A stretch of DNA of 64,000 bases from an uncultured Ruminococcus sp. GTDB lineage: Bacteria > Bacillota > Clostridia > Oscillospirales > Acutalibacteraceae. This document shows, one piece after another, positions 31,212 through 42,505 of the stretch; the first letter of the stretch is position 1; every line of letters begins with the position of its first letter. Where the stretch lies: positions 12,591 through 76,590 of the forward strand of contig CADBQS010000064.1 in the NCBI GenBank assembly GCA_902796915.1, in the 5' to 3' direction. A program made the translations under genes and the position numbers. The notes beneath the pieces are model-generated. The model was not told the origin of the DNA and did no database searches. It saw only the letters and a program-made list of their open reading frames with translations.

Positions 31212-33293
31212 ATGCCAAGACAAGTATCATTAGACATGACAAGAAATATAGGAATTATGGCTCATATAGATGCTGGTAAAACAACAACAACAGAGCGTAT
31301 ACTTTTCTATACAGGTGTAAATCATAAAATTGGTGAAACACATGATGGTTCAGCTACTATGGACTGGATGGCTCAAGAGCAGGAAAGAGGTATAACGATT
31401 ACTTCAGCAGCAACTACGTGTTTCTGGAAAGATCATAGAGTAAACATTATAGATACTCCTGGTCACGTGGATTTCACTGTAGAAGTAGAACGTTCTTTGC
31501 GCGTTTTAGATGGTTCTGTAACGGTACTTTGTGCAAAAGGCGGGGTTGAACCTCAATCAGAAACCGTATGGCGTCAGGCTGATAAATATGGTGTACCGAG
31601 AATGGTATATGTAAACAAAATGGATATAATGGGTGCGGACTTTTACAATGTTGTAAAAATGATGAAAGAACGCTTGAAGTGTAATGCTGTGCCTATCCAA
31701 TTACCAATTGGTGCTGAAGATACATTTAAGGGAATAATCGATCTTGTAGAGATGAAAGCTTATGTTTACTGTGATGATTTAGGTAAAGATATCAGAGTAG
31801 AAGAAATTCCAGAGGATATGAAAGAACTAGCTGATAAGTACTATACAGAATTAATGGAGCATGTAGCAGAGCAAGATGACGAATTATTTGAAATGTATAT
31901 GGATGGCAAGGAACTTCCTATAGAAAGAGTAAAAGATTGTATAAGAAAATCTACAATAGCTAATCATATGGTTCCGGTAACCTGTGGTACATCTTATAGA
32001 AACAAGGGAGTACAAAAGCTTTTAGATGCTATAGTGGATTATATGCCAGCTCCAACGGATGTTCCGGCAATAAAGGGAATAAATCCAGATACTGATGAGG
32101 AAATAGAAAGGCATTCTTCAGACGAGGAGCCATTCTCAGCTCTAGCATTTAAGATTGCAACTGATCCATTTGTTGGTAAGTTATGCTTCTTTAGGGTATA
32201 TTCAGGTAGTGTGAATGCAGGATCAACAGTTTATAATTCTACCAAGGATAACAACGAAAGATTAGGTCGCATACTGCAAATGCATGCTAACCATAGGCAG
32301 GATATAGATACCGTTTATGCTGGAGATATAGCTGCAGCAGTAGGACTTAAAAATACTACAACTGGAGATACTTTGTGCGATGAAAAACATCCTGTAATAT
32401 TAGAATCTATGGAATTTCCAGACCCGGTAATTAGGGTAGCAATTGAGCCTAAGACAAAAGCTGGACAAGAAAAAATGGGAATAGCACTATCGAAGCTTGC
32501 AGAAGAAGATCCAACCTTCAAGGCTTACACCGATGAAGAGACCGGTCAAACAATCATTGCTGGTATGGGCGAATTACATTTGGAAATAATTGTTGATAGA
32601 CTTCTTAGAGAGTTTAAAGTTGAAGCTAATGTTGGTAAGCCACAAGTTTCTTATAAAGAGACTATCAGAAAGAATGCTGAAGTAGACGAGAAATATGCAA
32701 GACAATCTGGTGGACGTGGACAATATGGTCACGTTAAGATAAGGATAGAACCTAACCCAACAAAAGGATATGAATTTGTAAATTCTATAGTTGGAGGAGC
32801 GATTCCTAAGGAATACATTCCAGCTGTTGACAACGGAATCCAAGGCGCTATGTTATCGGGAGTTCTTGCAGGATATAATGTAGTAGATGTAAAGGTAACG
32901 CTTTATGATGGTTCTTATCACGAGGTAGACTCATCTGAAATGGCATTTAAGATTGCAGGTTCTATGGCGTTCAAATCAGCAATGAGAAAAGCAGATCCTG
33001 TTTTATTGGAACCTATAATGAAAGTTACAGTAACAGTTCCTGAGGAATATATGGGTGACGTTATTGGAGATATAAATTCAAGACGCGGTATGATTCAAGG
33101 AATGGAAGCTGTTTCCGGAGCACAAAGAATAAATGCAATGGTTCCGCTTTCAGAAATGTTTGGATATGCAACAGATATGCGTTCCAGAACTCAAGGAAGA
33201 GGACAATATACTATGGAACCTAGCCACTATGCTGAGGTACCAAAATCTGTATCTGAAACTATAATTGCAGATAGAAATAAAAAGAATGATTAA
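31212..33293 (+). CDS. fusA: Elongation factor G
   Basis: [23 protein letters not shown] and NKMD G-domain motifs; 693 aa; AAGGAGGA SD. Confidence 0.97.
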   Translation: MPRQVSLDMTRNIGIMAHIDAGKTTTTERILFYTGVNHKIGETHDGSATMDWMAQEQERGITITSAATTCFWKDHRVNIIDTPGHVDFTVEVERSLRVLDGSVTVLCAKGGVEPQSETVWRQADKYGVPRMVYVNKMDIMGADFYNVVKMMKERLKCNAVPIQLPIGAEDTFKGIIDLVEMKAYVYCDDLGKDIRVEEIPEDMKELADKYYTELMEHVAEQDDELFEMYMDGKELPIERVKDCIRKSTIANHMVPVTCGTSYRNKGVQKLLDAIVDYMPAPTDVPAIKGINPDTDEEIERHSSDEEPFSALAFKIATDPFVGKLCFFRVYSGSVNAGSTVYNSTKDNNERLGRILQMHANHRQDIDTVYAGDIAAAVGLKNTTTGDTLCDEKHPVILESMEFPDPVIRVAIEPKTKAGQEKMGIALSKLAEEDPTFKAYTDEETGQTIIAGMGELHLEIIVDRLLREFKVEANVGKPQVSYKETIRKNAEVDEKYARQSGGRGQYGHVKIRIEPNPTKGYEFVNSIVGGAIPKEYIPAVDNGIQGAMLSGVLAGYNVVDVKVTLYDGSYHEVDSSEMAFKIAGSMAFKSAMRKADPVLLEPIMKVTVTVPEEYMGDVIGDINSRRGMIQGMEAVSGAQRINAMVPLSEMFGYATDMRSRTQGRGQYTMEPSHYAEVPKSVSETIIADRNKKND

Positions 33294-33375
33294 TTTTATA
33301 GGTTGAATTTATAATTTTTAATTGATATAATATATAAGGTTATAAATTACGATTTAATAAAGGGAGGAAAAAACA

Positions 33376-34578
33376 ATGGCAAAGGCTAAATTTGAAAGAA
33401 ATAAGCCACATGTAAACATTGGTACAATCGGTCACGTTGACCACGGTAAAACTACTCTTACAGCTGCTATAACAAAGGTTTTAAATCTTAAAGGTGAAGC
33501 AGATTTCGTAGATTACGCTAATATCGATAAGGCACCAGAGGAAAGAGAACGCGGCATTACAATTAATACTTCACACGTTGAGTATCAAACTGAAACTCGT
33601 CACTATGCACACGTAGACTGCCCTGGCCATGCTGACTATGTAAAGAACATGATAACAGGTGCAGCACAAATGGACGGTGCAATATTAGTTGTTTCAGCAG
33701 CAGATGGTCCAATGCCTCAGACAAGAGAGCATATCTTACTTGCTCGTCAGGTTGGCGTTCCATATATTGTTGTATTTATGAATAAAGTTGACCAAGTTGA
33801 TGATGAAGAATTATTAGACTTAGTAGAAATGGAAATTCGTGAACTCTTAAATGAATATGAATTCCCAGGAGATGATACTCCAATTATACGTGGTTCTGCA
33901 TTAAACGTACTTGAATGTGCTTCAAAAGACCCAGCAGCTCCTGAGTATAAATGTGTACAAGATTTAATGGCAGCTGTAGACCAATTTATTCCTACACCTG
34001 AACGTAAAGCTGACCAACCATTCTTAATGCCTGTTGAAGATGTATTCACGATTACAGGACGTGGAACTGTTGCAACTGGTAGAGTAGAACGTGGACAGTT
34101 AAAAACAGGAGAAGAAGTTGAAATCGTAGGCTTAAACGATGAAAGAAAGAAAACTGTAGTAACAGGAATCGAAATGTTTAGAAAGATTCTTGATTATGCA
34201 GAAGCAGGAGATAACATCGGAGTTCTATTACGTGGAGTTCAAAGAAATGAAATTGAACGTGGACAGGTATTAGCTAAGCCAGGAACTATAAATCCACATA
34301 CTAAGTTCAAGGGTCAAGTGTATGTATTGACAAAAGATGAAGGTGGACGTCATACACCATTCTTTAATAATTATCGTCCACAATTTTACTTCAGAACTAC
34401 AGATGTTACTGGCGTGATTAAATTACCAGAAGGAACAGAAATGTGCATGCCAGGCGACAACGTTGTTATGGATGTTGAATTAATTACACCTATCGCAATT
34501 GAAGAAGGTTTACGTTTTGCTATTCGTGAAGGCGGACGTACAGTTGGTTCAGGTGTTGTAACAGCTATAAATAATTAA
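33376..34578 (+). CDS. tuf: Elongation factor Tu
   Basis: [23 protein letters not shown] and NKVD; 400 aa; GGGAGG SD. Confidence 0.98.
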   Translation: MAKAKFERNKPHVNIGTIGHVDHGKTTLTAAITKVLNLKGEADFVDYANIDKAPEERERGITINTSHVEYQTETRHYAHVDCPGHADYVKNMITGAAQMDGAILVVSAADGPMPQTREHILLARQVGVPYIVVFMNKVDQVDDEELLDLVEMEIRELLNEYEFPGDDTPIIRGSALNVLECASKDPAAPEYKCVQDLMAAVDQFIPTPERKADQPFLMPVEDVFTITGRGTVATGRVERGQLKTGEEVEIVGLNDERKKTVVTGIEMFRKILDYAEAGDNIGVLLRGVQRNEIERGQVLAKPGTINPHTKFKGQVYVLTKDEGGRHTPFFNNYRPQFYFRTTDVTGVIKLPEGTEMCMPGDNVVMDVELITPIAIEEGLRFAIREGGRTVGSGVVTAINN

Positions 34579-34591
34579 AAGTTTTTTATAG

Positions 34592-34625
34592 AAAAGGCTA
34601 CTTTTAAAGTAGCCTTTTTAATATT
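34592..34625 (+). terminator. Rho-independent terminator after tuf
   Basis: Stem AAAAGGCTAC / GTAGCCTTTT followed by a T-rich tract. Confidence 0.75.
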
Positions 34626-34726
34626 TTGAGATTAAAATTCATATAAATATTTTACAGGTACTATTAAAGTTATAGTTGTACTGTAAAGATAATTATGCTA
34701 GAATAAATTTAATATATGGGAAAGTA

Positions 34727-36448
34727 GTGTGGAAATTGGATATTGAGAACTTATACAAATTATGGAATGAAAAAGCTATAGGTGATAGTGAATTAATTAG
34801 CGAGTTGAAAAATATAGAGAAATCGGCTCAAGAAAAATATGAAAGGTTTTATAAAAGCTTAGAGTTCGGTACAGCTGGTTTGAGAGGAATTATTGGTGTT
34901 GGTAGTAATAGGATGAATATATACACAGTTAGAAGAGCAACTCAAGGTTTGTCTAATTATTTGAGAATTAATTCAGAAAATTTATCTGTCGCTATATCGT
35001 TTGATTCTAGGAAGAATTCGCAAAGATTTGCTCAAGAAGCGGCTAGCGTACTTGCTGCAAATGATATAAAAGTATATATAACAAAAGAATTACAACCAAC
35101 TCCTGTGTTGTCATTTTGCGTAAGAGAATTAAGATGCAGCGCTGGAATTATGATTACAGCCAGCCATAATCCCGCTGAATACAATGGATATAAATGCTAT
35201 GATTCTAGTGGTTGTCAAATAACTGATAACTTTGCAGAAAAAGTATATAATGAAATAGAAAAAATAGATTATTTTAATGATGTAAAAATATGTGATTTTA
35301 ATCAAGCAGTCATTGATGGGAAAATAGAATTTATAAATAACAATATTTTTGATAATTATGTAGAATGTGTGTTATCTCAAAGATTAAATACAGAATACTG
35401 TAAAAAAAGAGATATAAGTGTTGTCTATACACCACTTAATGGTACGGGAAATAAGTTAGTCAATAGAGTGTTAAAAAGTATAGGGGTTAGCAATTTACAT
35501 ATAGTAAAGGAGCAAGAGAATCCAGATGAAAATTTTATTACGTGTAAATATCCAAATCCGGAAACTAAAGAGGCTCTAAGCTTGGCGATTGAATTAGCCA
35601 AAAATACAAATTCAGATTTAATTATAGCAACAGACCCTGATAGCGATAGAATAGGCCTTGGAGTTAGGTACAATAGTGAATATAGATTATTAACAGGTAA
35701 TGAGATAGGCGTATTATTTTTGAATTATATATTGGAATCAAGAAAGAAAAATAAAAACTTGCCGAGTAATCCTGTTGTAGTCAAAACAATAGTAAGTACG
35801 TCTATGATTGATAGCATTGCAAAGGAATATGGCTGTAATGTGATTAACGTTTTAACTGGATTTAAGTATATAGGTTCAGAAATATTAAAGCTTGAAGAAG
35901 CCGGAAGATTAGATGATTACGTATTTGGATTTGAAGAAAGCCATGGATATTTAATAGGAACGTATGCTAGGGACAAAGATGCCGTAGTTGCGAGTATGTT
36001 AGCCTGTGAGATGGTTTCTTATTACAAAGATAGAGATAAAAATCTTATAGATATTTTAAATGAGCTTTATGAAAAATATGGTTATCATTATAATAAAAAT
36101 TTGAGTTTTCAATTTGAAGGTTCCGTCGGAATGGAGAAAATGAAAAATATAATGGAATCTCTTAGAAATAGTTGCATTAAGAGTGTAGGTAAATTAAGTG
36201 TGATTAGTATAGATGATTATCTTAAATCAATTTCTTTAAATTTAGGAGATAACAAAACAAAGGGAATTAATTTACCTAAATCTGATGTTTTGGCCTATAA
36301 TTTGGAATCGGATAATAAAGTGATAATACGTCCGTCAGGTACAGAACCCAAAATAAAAGTTTATATTATGGCATGTGGAGAAGATAAATCTTCTGTTTAT
36401 AAAAATATTGAGAATATAGAATCTTATATAAATTCTGTAATTAAATAG
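34727..36448 (+). CDS. Phospho-sugar mutase (phosphoglucomutase/phosphomannomutase family)
   Basis: Active-site TASHNPAEYNGYK, the metal loop TDPDSDR, GFEESHGY and RPSGTEPKIKVY. The start is uncertain: GTG 34727 is preferred and the track ORF begins at 34676. Confidence 0.9.
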   Translation: MWKLDIENLYKLWNEKAIGDSELISELKNIEKSAQEKYERFYKSLEFGTAGLRGIIGVGSNRMNIYTVRRATQGLSNYLRINSENLSVAISFDSRKNSQRFAQEAASVLAANDIKVYITKELQPTPVLSFCVRELRCSAGIMITASHNPAEYNGYKCYDSSGCQITDNFAEKVYNEIEKIDYFNDVKICDFNQAVIDGKIEFINNNIFDNYVECVLSQRLNTEYCKKRDISVVYTPLNGTGNKLVNRVLKSIGVSNLHIVKEQENPDENFITCKYPNPETKEALSLAIELAKNTNSDLIIATDPDSDRIGLGVRYNSEYRLLTGNEIGVLFLNYILESRKKNKNLPSNPVVVKTIVSTSMIDSIAKEYGCNVINVLTGFKYIGSEILKLEEAGRLDDYVFGFEESHGYLIGTYARDKDAVVASMLACEMVSYYKDRDKNLIDILNELYEKYGYHYNKNLSFQFEGSVGMEKMKNIMESLRNSCIKSVGKLSVISIDDYLKSISLNLGDNKTKGINLPKSDVLAYNLESDNKVIIRPSGTEPKIKVYIMACGEDKSSVYKNIENIESYINSVIK

Positions 36449-36458
36449 GATACAAGAT

Positions 36459-36505
36459 ATAATAATCTTAAAAGCTTATAAGTGCTTGTAAGATTATTAT
36501 TTTTA
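36459..36505 (+). terminator. Rho-independent terminator after the phospho-sugar mutase gene
   Basis: 17-bp AT-rich stem (ATAATAATCTTAAAAGC / GCTTGTAAGATTATTAT, one mismatch) followed by TTTTTA. Confidence 0.6.
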
Positions 36506-36553
36506 TAGTAAAATGTGAAAAAAGTAATTTTTCTGAAATGGAGAATATTGTAA

Positions 36554-37114
36554 ATGAAGCTTTATTTTTATTACGGAGTTATGGGTTCAAGTAAAACAGC
36601 AAATGCACTAATGAAAAAATTTAATTTTGAGGAGCATGGAAGAAAAGTTGCTCTTATAAAACCTAGTGTAGATAATAGATATGGAGAAAAATTAGTAAAA
36701 TCTAGAATAGGACTGCAATGTGAAGCATTAATAGCATATAAAGACACGTCAATTATAGAATTAATAAGTAAAGAAGATAACATTGATACAATAATCGTAG
36801 ATGAGGCTCAATTTTTAACTACTAAACAGGTGGACGAATTGAGAGAGTTAGTGAATGATGGCATAATGGTAATGTGCTATGGACTTAAAACAGATTATAT
36901 GGGGAAGCTTTTTGAAGGAAGTAAGAGATTAATTGAAGTATGTGATACTATAAGAGAAATACAATCTATGTGTAGTGAGTGTGGAAGAAAAGCAATTATA
37001 AACGCTAGATATAATGGCGAAAATATAGTATATAATGGAAATCAAATAGATATAGGTGGAAATGATAAATATAAAGCATTGTGTTATCAATGCTGGAGTA
37101 AAGGGAATAAATAA
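36554..37114 (+). CDS. tdk: Thymidine kinase
   Basis: P-loop GVMGSSKT, VDEAQFL and the C-terminal zinc motifs CSECGRKA..CYQCW; 186 aa. Confidence 0.9.
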   Translation: MKLYFYYGVMGSSKTANALMKKFNFEEHGRKVALIKPSVDNRYGEKLVKSRIGLQCEALIAYKDTSIIELISKEDNIDTIIVDEAQFLTTKQVDELRELVNDGIMVMCYGLKTDYMGKLFEGSKRLIEVCDTIREIQSMCSECGRKAIINARYNGENIVYNGNQIDIGGNDKYKALCYQCWSKGNK

Positions 37115-37141
37115 TGGTAAGGAAAAGGGACGTGAATTTAG

Positions 37142-38512
37142 TTGGCTGAAGTAAACGTAACAACTGGATATGATGGATTGAAACTTCCGTATAGCTTAGA
37201 GGCGGAGCAGTCTGTAATAGGGGCAGTATTGATTGATTCTCATTGTTTAGATAGAGTAGCAGAAATACTTCCCAATCCTGAATATTTTTATTTATCCAAT
37301 CATAAGCTTATATATTCTGCTATGCTTGATATGTTTACAACTGGAGAGAATATAGATTATGTTACATTACTTGAAAAATTAAAATCAGAAAAATCATTTA
37401 ATGAAAGTAATTGTAAATCATATTTATTGCAGCTTGCCCAAATAGTTCCGTCAATATCTAATGTTGAATCTTACGCTTATATAGTAAGGGATAAGCACAA
37501 CGTTAGAACTCTTATAATAGCAGCAAGAGAGATTATAGAAGATGCATCAGAAGAAGAGTTAGGGGCATCTGAGCTTTTAGACTCAGCGGAGCAACGAATT
37601 TTTGATATAAGACGAGGTAAAAACGTACAAGGATTACAGAAAATAAATGAAGTAATAATACAAACGTTTGACAGGTTAGATGCACTGAATTCACAGGATT
37701 CAAGTCAATATAGCGGTATTCCTACGGGAATAGGAGAATTAGACAGAGTAATAATGGGATTAAATAGGTCTGACTTAATACTTTTAGCAGCAAGGCCCGG
37801 AATGGGAAAAACTAGCTTTGCATTAAATATAGCAAGTAATGTTGCGATAAAGAGCAAGATGAAAATAGCCTTTTTTTCACTCGAAATGACAAAAGAGCAA
37901 TTAGCTTCAAGACTGTTATCGATGGAAGGAATGGTTTCTGGACAAAACCTAAGAACAGGTAAGTTAAGTGAAGATGAATGGGTAAGATTAATAGAATCTG
38001 GTGATGTATTATCAAAATCACAAATTTATCTTGATGATACTCCTGGAATAACCGTACCAGAAATGAAAGCAAAGCTTAGAAGGCTTAATCAAGTGGATTT
38101 AGTAATAATAGATTACTTACAGCTTATGTCCAGCGCCAAACGTATAGAAAACAGAGTTCAAGAGATATCGGAAATAACAAGAAACTTAAAAATAATGGCG
38201 AAAGAATTGAACGTACCAGTTATTACTCTTTCACAGCTTTCACGTGCAAGTGAACAAAGAACAGACCATAAACCTTTATTATCAGATTTAAGGGATTCAG
38301 GTTCAATAGAGCAAGACGCCGATATAGTATTATTTTTATATCGTGAAGGTTATTATGCATCCGATGAAAATAGTGACGATAATGCAGATAAAAACAGCGG
38401 AGAATGTATAGTAGCTAAAAACAGACATGGAGAAACACGATCAGTACCGCTGCACTGGCAGGGTGAATATATGAGATTTACATCTCAGGAGGTTAGAAGA
38501 AGTGAACCTTAA
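37142..38512 (+). CDS. dnaB: Replicative DNA helicase
   Basis: PYSLEAEQSVIGAVL N-terminus, Walker A ARPGMGKTSFALNIA, IIDYLQLM and LSQLSRA. TTG start. Confidence 0.95.
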   Translation: MAEVNVTTGYDGLKLPYSLEAEQSVIGAVLIDSHCLDRVAEILPNPEYFYLSNHKLIYSAMLDMFTTGENIDYVTLLEKLKSEKSFNESNCKSYLLQLAQIVPSISNVESYAYIVRDKHNVRTLIIAAREIIEDASEEELGASELLDSAEQRIFDIRRGKNVQGLQKINEVIIQTFDRLDALNSQDSSQYSGIPTGIGELDRVIMGLNRSDLILLAARPGMGKTSFALNIASNVAIKSKMKIAFFSLEMTKEQLASRLLSMEGMVSGQNLRTGKLSEDEWVRLIESGDVLSKSQIYLDDTPGITVPEMKAKLRRLNQVDLVIIDYLQLMSSAKRIENRVQEISEITRNLKIMAKELNVPVITLSQLSRASEQRTDHKPLLSDLRDSGSIEQDADIVLFLYREGYYASDENSDDNADKNSGECIVAKNRHGETRSVPLHWQGEYMRFTSQEVRRSEP

Positions 38513-39854
38513 GGTTAATGAAACGATACGTAAATTTGAAATGATAAAGGATAATGATAATATAGTTTTGGGAGTGTCTGGTGGAGCTGATTCTATATCT
38601 CTTCTTCATTTTTTAATTAATAATATAGAATATAATAATGTAAATGTTATAGCCATACATATTAACCACTGTATAAGGGGCGATGAAGCCGATAGAGATG
38701 AAGAATTTGTAAAAACGATTTGTAGAGATTGGGGTGTAAAGCTTTACGTTAAAAAATATAATGTAAAAAATTTAGCCAAAGAATATGGCATTAGCGAAGA
38801 AGAGTGCGGAAGGAATGTAAGATATAATTGTTTTAGAGAGATTTCTAAACGCTATAATGCAAGGATAGCTACGGCACATACTCTTTCTGACAATGAGGAA
38901 ACGTTTATATTTAATTTTACAAGGGGATGTGGATTAAAAGGATTATGTGGTATTCCACCTATTAGAGATAATATAATAAGACCATTAATAAATGTAAGTA
39001 GAGAAGAGATAGAGAAATATTGTAAAGATAATGACTTAATGTATGTTACGGACAGCACAAATTTAAGTACTGAGTATACAAGAAATAAAATAAGATTAGA
39101 AATAATACCACGATTAAAAAATATAAATAGTAATTTTGATAATGTAATGCTGAAAATGATAAACCAAGTGAGCCAAGATAATGAGTACTTAGAAAAAATT
39201 GCAGAAGAAGAATTAAAATATGCATCAACTTCATCCGGGTGTGATATTAAATATTTGACTAAGCTACCGAGAGTAATAAGAAGTAGGGTGTTAATAAAAT
39301 TTGCCAATCAGTGTTGTAAACAAAGTATAGAATCAAAACATGTAGATTTATTATTAGAAATAATAAATAATAATAGTGGAGCTGTAACTTTACCAAACGG
39401 AATTATTTTATTTATTGAAAATGGAATATTAAAAGTAAAAGAATACAAGAATAATAGTAAAGATTGGAAGCATAAATTTGAAGAAACAACTATCTTGACA
39501 GATACGGGAATAAAGTTCATAATTGAAATATTCTCGGTATATGAATATAATAGTATTTTTAAGGATAGTAATTCTAAAAATTTTACTGTTATGGATTTAG
39601 ATAAAATTCCTGAAGGTTCCTTATTTAGATATAGAAATCCTGAAGATATTTTTAAGCAGATGGGTAGGGGAGTAACAAAAAAAGTAAAGAAATTATTTAA
39701 TGAGTTAAAAATTCCTCGTGAAAAAAGAGATAGTTTAGTAATGCTTGCAAGTGGAAGTAATGTTTTATGGATAGATGGAATAGGAATATCGGAAATTTGT
39801 AAAGTAAGAGAGAATACTAAAAGAGTTGTTGTTGTAAGGAGAGTAGATTATTAA
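38502..39854 (+). CDS. tilS: tRNA(Ile)-lysidine synthase
   Basis: PP-loop LGVSGGADSISLL. The start overlaps the dnaB end, and hpt and ftsH follow, which is the conserved Firmicute order. Confidence 0.9.
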   Translation: MNLKVNETIRKFEMIKDNDNIVLGVSGGADSISLLHFLINNIEYNNVNVIAIHINHCIRGDEADRDEEFVKTICRDWGVKLYVKKYNVKNLAKEYGISEEECGRNVRYNCFREISKRYNARIATAHTLSDNEETFIFNFTRGCGLKGLCGIPPIRDNIIRPLINVSREEIEKYCKDNDLMYVTDSTNLSTEYTRNKIRLEIIPRLKNINSNFDNVMLKMINQVSQDNEYLEKIAEEELKYASTSSGCDIKYLTKLPRVIRSRVLIKFANQCCKQSIESKHVDLLLEIINNNSGAVTLPNGIILFIENGILKVKEYKNNSKDWKHKFEETTILTDTGIKFIIEIFSVYEYNSIFKDSNSKNFTVMDLDKIPEGSLFRYRNPEDIFKQMGRGVTKKVKKLFNELKIPREKRDSLVMLASGSNVLWIDGIGISEICKVRENTKRVVVVRRVDY

Positions 39855-40390
39855 TGGAAAATTGCGTGGAAAAAGTTATACTTAATGAGATGGATCTAAG
39901 TGATATTGTTAAAAAACTGGGTAATCAGATAAGTAAAGACTATAAAGATAAGAACTTATTAATGGTTAGTATACTCAAAGGTTCAATAATATTTATGTCT
40001 GATTTAATGAGGGAAATAAATATTCCATGCAAAATTGATTTTATGTCAGTTTCTAGTTATAATGGAGGAGTAAAAAGTAGCGGAGTAGTAAAGATATCGA
40101 AAGATTTAGACATATCAATAGAGGGATATGATTTATTGATAGTAGAGGATATTTTAGATAGTGGCATAACTCTTGACTACATAATAAACACGCTAAAAGC
40201 TAGGAATCCAAGGAGTATAAAAATATGTACATTATTAGACAAACCTAAGAGAAGAACAGCAAATATAAAAGCAGATTATGTTGGTAAAGAAATTCCAGAT
40301 GAATTTATCATCGGATACGGATTGGATTATGATGAAAAATATAGGAATTTACCTTTTATAGGAATAGCAAATCCGGCATTATATAGCTAA
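39854..40390 (+). CDS. hpt: Hypoxanthine phosphoribosyltransferase
   Basis: PRPP-binding motif LLIVEDILDSGITL and IIGYGLDYDEKYRNLPFIG; 178 aa. Confidence 0.93.
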   Translation: MENCVEKVILNEMDLSDIVKKLGNQISKDYKDKNLLMVSILKGSIIFMSDLMREINIPCKIDFMSVSSYNGGVKSSGVVKISKDLDISIEGYDLLIVEDILDSGITLDYIINTLKARNPRSIKICTLLDKPKRRTANIKADYVGKEIPDEFIIGYGLDYDEKYRNLPFIGIANPALYS

Positions 40391-40423
40391 TATCAGATAA
40401 TCATTAAGGAGTTGAGTTAAGCA

Positions 40424-42274
40424 TTGAATAAGAAAATAAAGATGCGTCCTGTAGCATTATTTTTTGGTGTAATAGCTATTATATTTTTAATTATAATGGC
40501 AATGAATAACATAAGTATGCAAAAATCTTATACTTACTCATATATAGTAAATAAGTTTAAGAATCATGAAGTAGTTAAGTATGATATGAATTTAGGGTCT
40601 GGAGATATGGAAATAGTATTGAAAGATGGTAGTACAATATATTATTCTACGCCAAGCGTGAACTTAATTTATTCTGACATAAAAGATTATGTTGATGAAT
40701 ATGACAAAGAAAATCCAGAGTCGCCAATGGAATATAATCTTATTAAGGCTCCAGAAACGTCATGGCTTATGAACTTATTCTCATATATTTTATTACCTAC
40801 TTTACTTTTAGGATTTTTGTCATGGATGTTTATGAGAAGGATAAACATAATGGGAGATGGCGGCAGGCAAATGGGGTTTGGAAAGGCCAAGATAAAGAAT
40901 ATAGCTGATGAAAAAAGAAAGACAACATTTGCTGACGTTGCTGGTGCTGATGAAGAAAAAGAAGAACTTTCTGAAATAGTAGAGTTTTTAAAAAATCCTA
41001 AAAAATATAATGACATAGGAGCAAGAATTCCAAAGGGAGTATTATTAATAGGACCTCCGGGTACAGGAAAAACACTTCTTGCAAGAGCAGTAGCAGGAGA
41101 AGCTGGAGTGCCATTTTTCTCTATTTCAGGTTCAGATTTTGTTGAAATGTTCGTGGGTGTTGGAGCTTCAAGGGTGAGAGATTTATTTACTCAGGCGAAA
41201 AAGAATTCTCCGAGTATAATATTTATAGATGAAATTGATGCAGTTGGTAGACAAAGAGGAGCTGGTTTAGGAGGAGGGCACGATGAAAGAGAGCAAACTC
41301 TTAACCAATTACTTGTTGAAATGGATGGATTTGGAACTAATGAAGGAGTAATAATGATTGCTGCAACGAATAGGCCTGATATATTGGACCCAGCATTAAT
41401 GAGACCGGGGCGCTTCGATAGGCAAGTGATTGTTGGGTATCCTGACGTAAAGGGAAGAGAAGATATATTAAGAGTACATGCTAAAGGTAAGCCGTTTGCA
41501 GAGGATGTAAAATTAAAAACGATAGCTAAAAGTACTCCCGGCTTTACAGGAGCAGACTTAGAAAATCTGATAAATGAAGCAGCACTTCTTGCTGCGCGTA
41601 GAGATTCAAAAGTTATTAGTATGAAAGAAATAGAAGAAGCTACGATAAAAGTAGTTGTTGGTACAGAAAAGAAATCTAAGGTTATAACAGATGAAGAGAA
41701 GAAGCTGACGGCTTATCATGAAGCGGGTCATGCCGTGACAACATATTATTGTGAAACTCAGGATGATGTACATCAAATATCCATAGTACCAAGAGGATTT
41801 GCGGGTGGATATACAATGTCTTTACCTGAAAAAGATAAATCTTATGTATCGAAGAAGAAGATGCTTGAGGATATCGTGGTGTTACTCGGTGGGCGTGTGT
41901 CAGAAGAGTTAATTTTAGATGATATATCAACAGGAGCTTCTAATGATATAGAAAGATCTACAGATGTAGCACGTAAAATGGTAACGACTTATGGAATGAG
42001 TTCAATGGGAACAGTTGCATATGAAACAAAGAATAATGAAATATTTATTGGTAGAGATATGGGACATGTAAAAGATTATTCAGAAAAAACTGCAGCAGAA
42101 ATAGATACAGAAATACGTACCATAATTGATAAATGTTATAATAAAGCTGAAGAAATACTAAAAGAACATTCTGGTGATTTGCATAAGGTTGCACAATATT
42201 TAATAGAGAATGAAAAAATGGACGGAGAAACGTTCGAGAAATTAATGCAAGAAGAACAGAAAAGGGATGTGTAA
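40424..42274 (+). CDS. ftsH: ATP-dependent zinc metalloprotease FtsH
   Basis: Two N-terminal TM segments, AAA+ [18 protein letters not shown], the SRH region, and the zinc site [10 protein letters not shown] start. Confidence 0.96.
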   Translation: MNKKIKMRPVALFFGVIAIIFLIIMAMNNISMQKSYTYSYIVNKFKNHEVVKYDMNLGSGDMEIVLKDGSTIYYSTPSVNLIYSDIKDYVDEYDKENPESPMEYNLIKAPETSWLMNLFSYILLPTLLLGFLSWMFMRRINIMGDGGRQMGFGKAKIKNIADEKRKTTFADVAGADEEKEELSEIVEFLKNPKKYNDIGARIPKGVLLIGPPGTGKTLLARAVAGEAGVPFFSISGSDFVEMFVGVGASRVRDLFTQAKKNSPSIIFIDEIDAVGRQRGAGLGGGHDEREQTLNQLLVEMDGFGTNEGVIMIAATNRPDILDPALMRPGRFDRQVIVGYPDVKGREDILRVHAKGKPFAEDVKLKTIAKSTPGFTGADLENLINEAALLAARRDSKVISMKEIEEATIKVVVGTEKKSKVITDEEKKLTAYHEAGHAVTTYYCETQDDVHQISIVPRGFAGGYTMSLPEKDKSYVSKKKMLEDIVVLLGGRVSEELILDDISTGASNDIERSTDVARKMVTTYGMSSMGTVAYETKNNEIFIGRDMGHVKDYSEKTAAEIDTEIRTIIDKCYNKAEEILKEHSGDLHKVAQYLIENEKMDGETFEKLMQEEQKRDV

Positions 42275-42505
42275 AAATCATCTCTTTTTATGTAAATAAT
42301 TTTTAATAAAAAGAGATTTATAATGATTATATTGGTGTATGACGTAAATTATTAGTAAATAGTGAATAATATATTATTAGAATAATTAAAATATTAAATT
42401 AGAGGTTGTAAAAAATAGTTAAAACAAGTAAAATTAGTAATGTGGATTTATAATCATAATGTTTGTGCAAAATTATAATATTATAAATAGAAAAGGAGAA
42501 GGAAA

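Noticed and set aside
42315-42457. Repeated GATTTATAAT(G/C)AT 13-mers (42315-42327 and 42445-42457) flanking the htrA upstream region. They could be operator sites.
   Set aside because: A 10-nt pure A/T-rich match in a spacer of about 20% G+C is plausibly chance. The sites overlap -10-like TATAAT elements. They do not resemble CIRCE or CtsR boxes.
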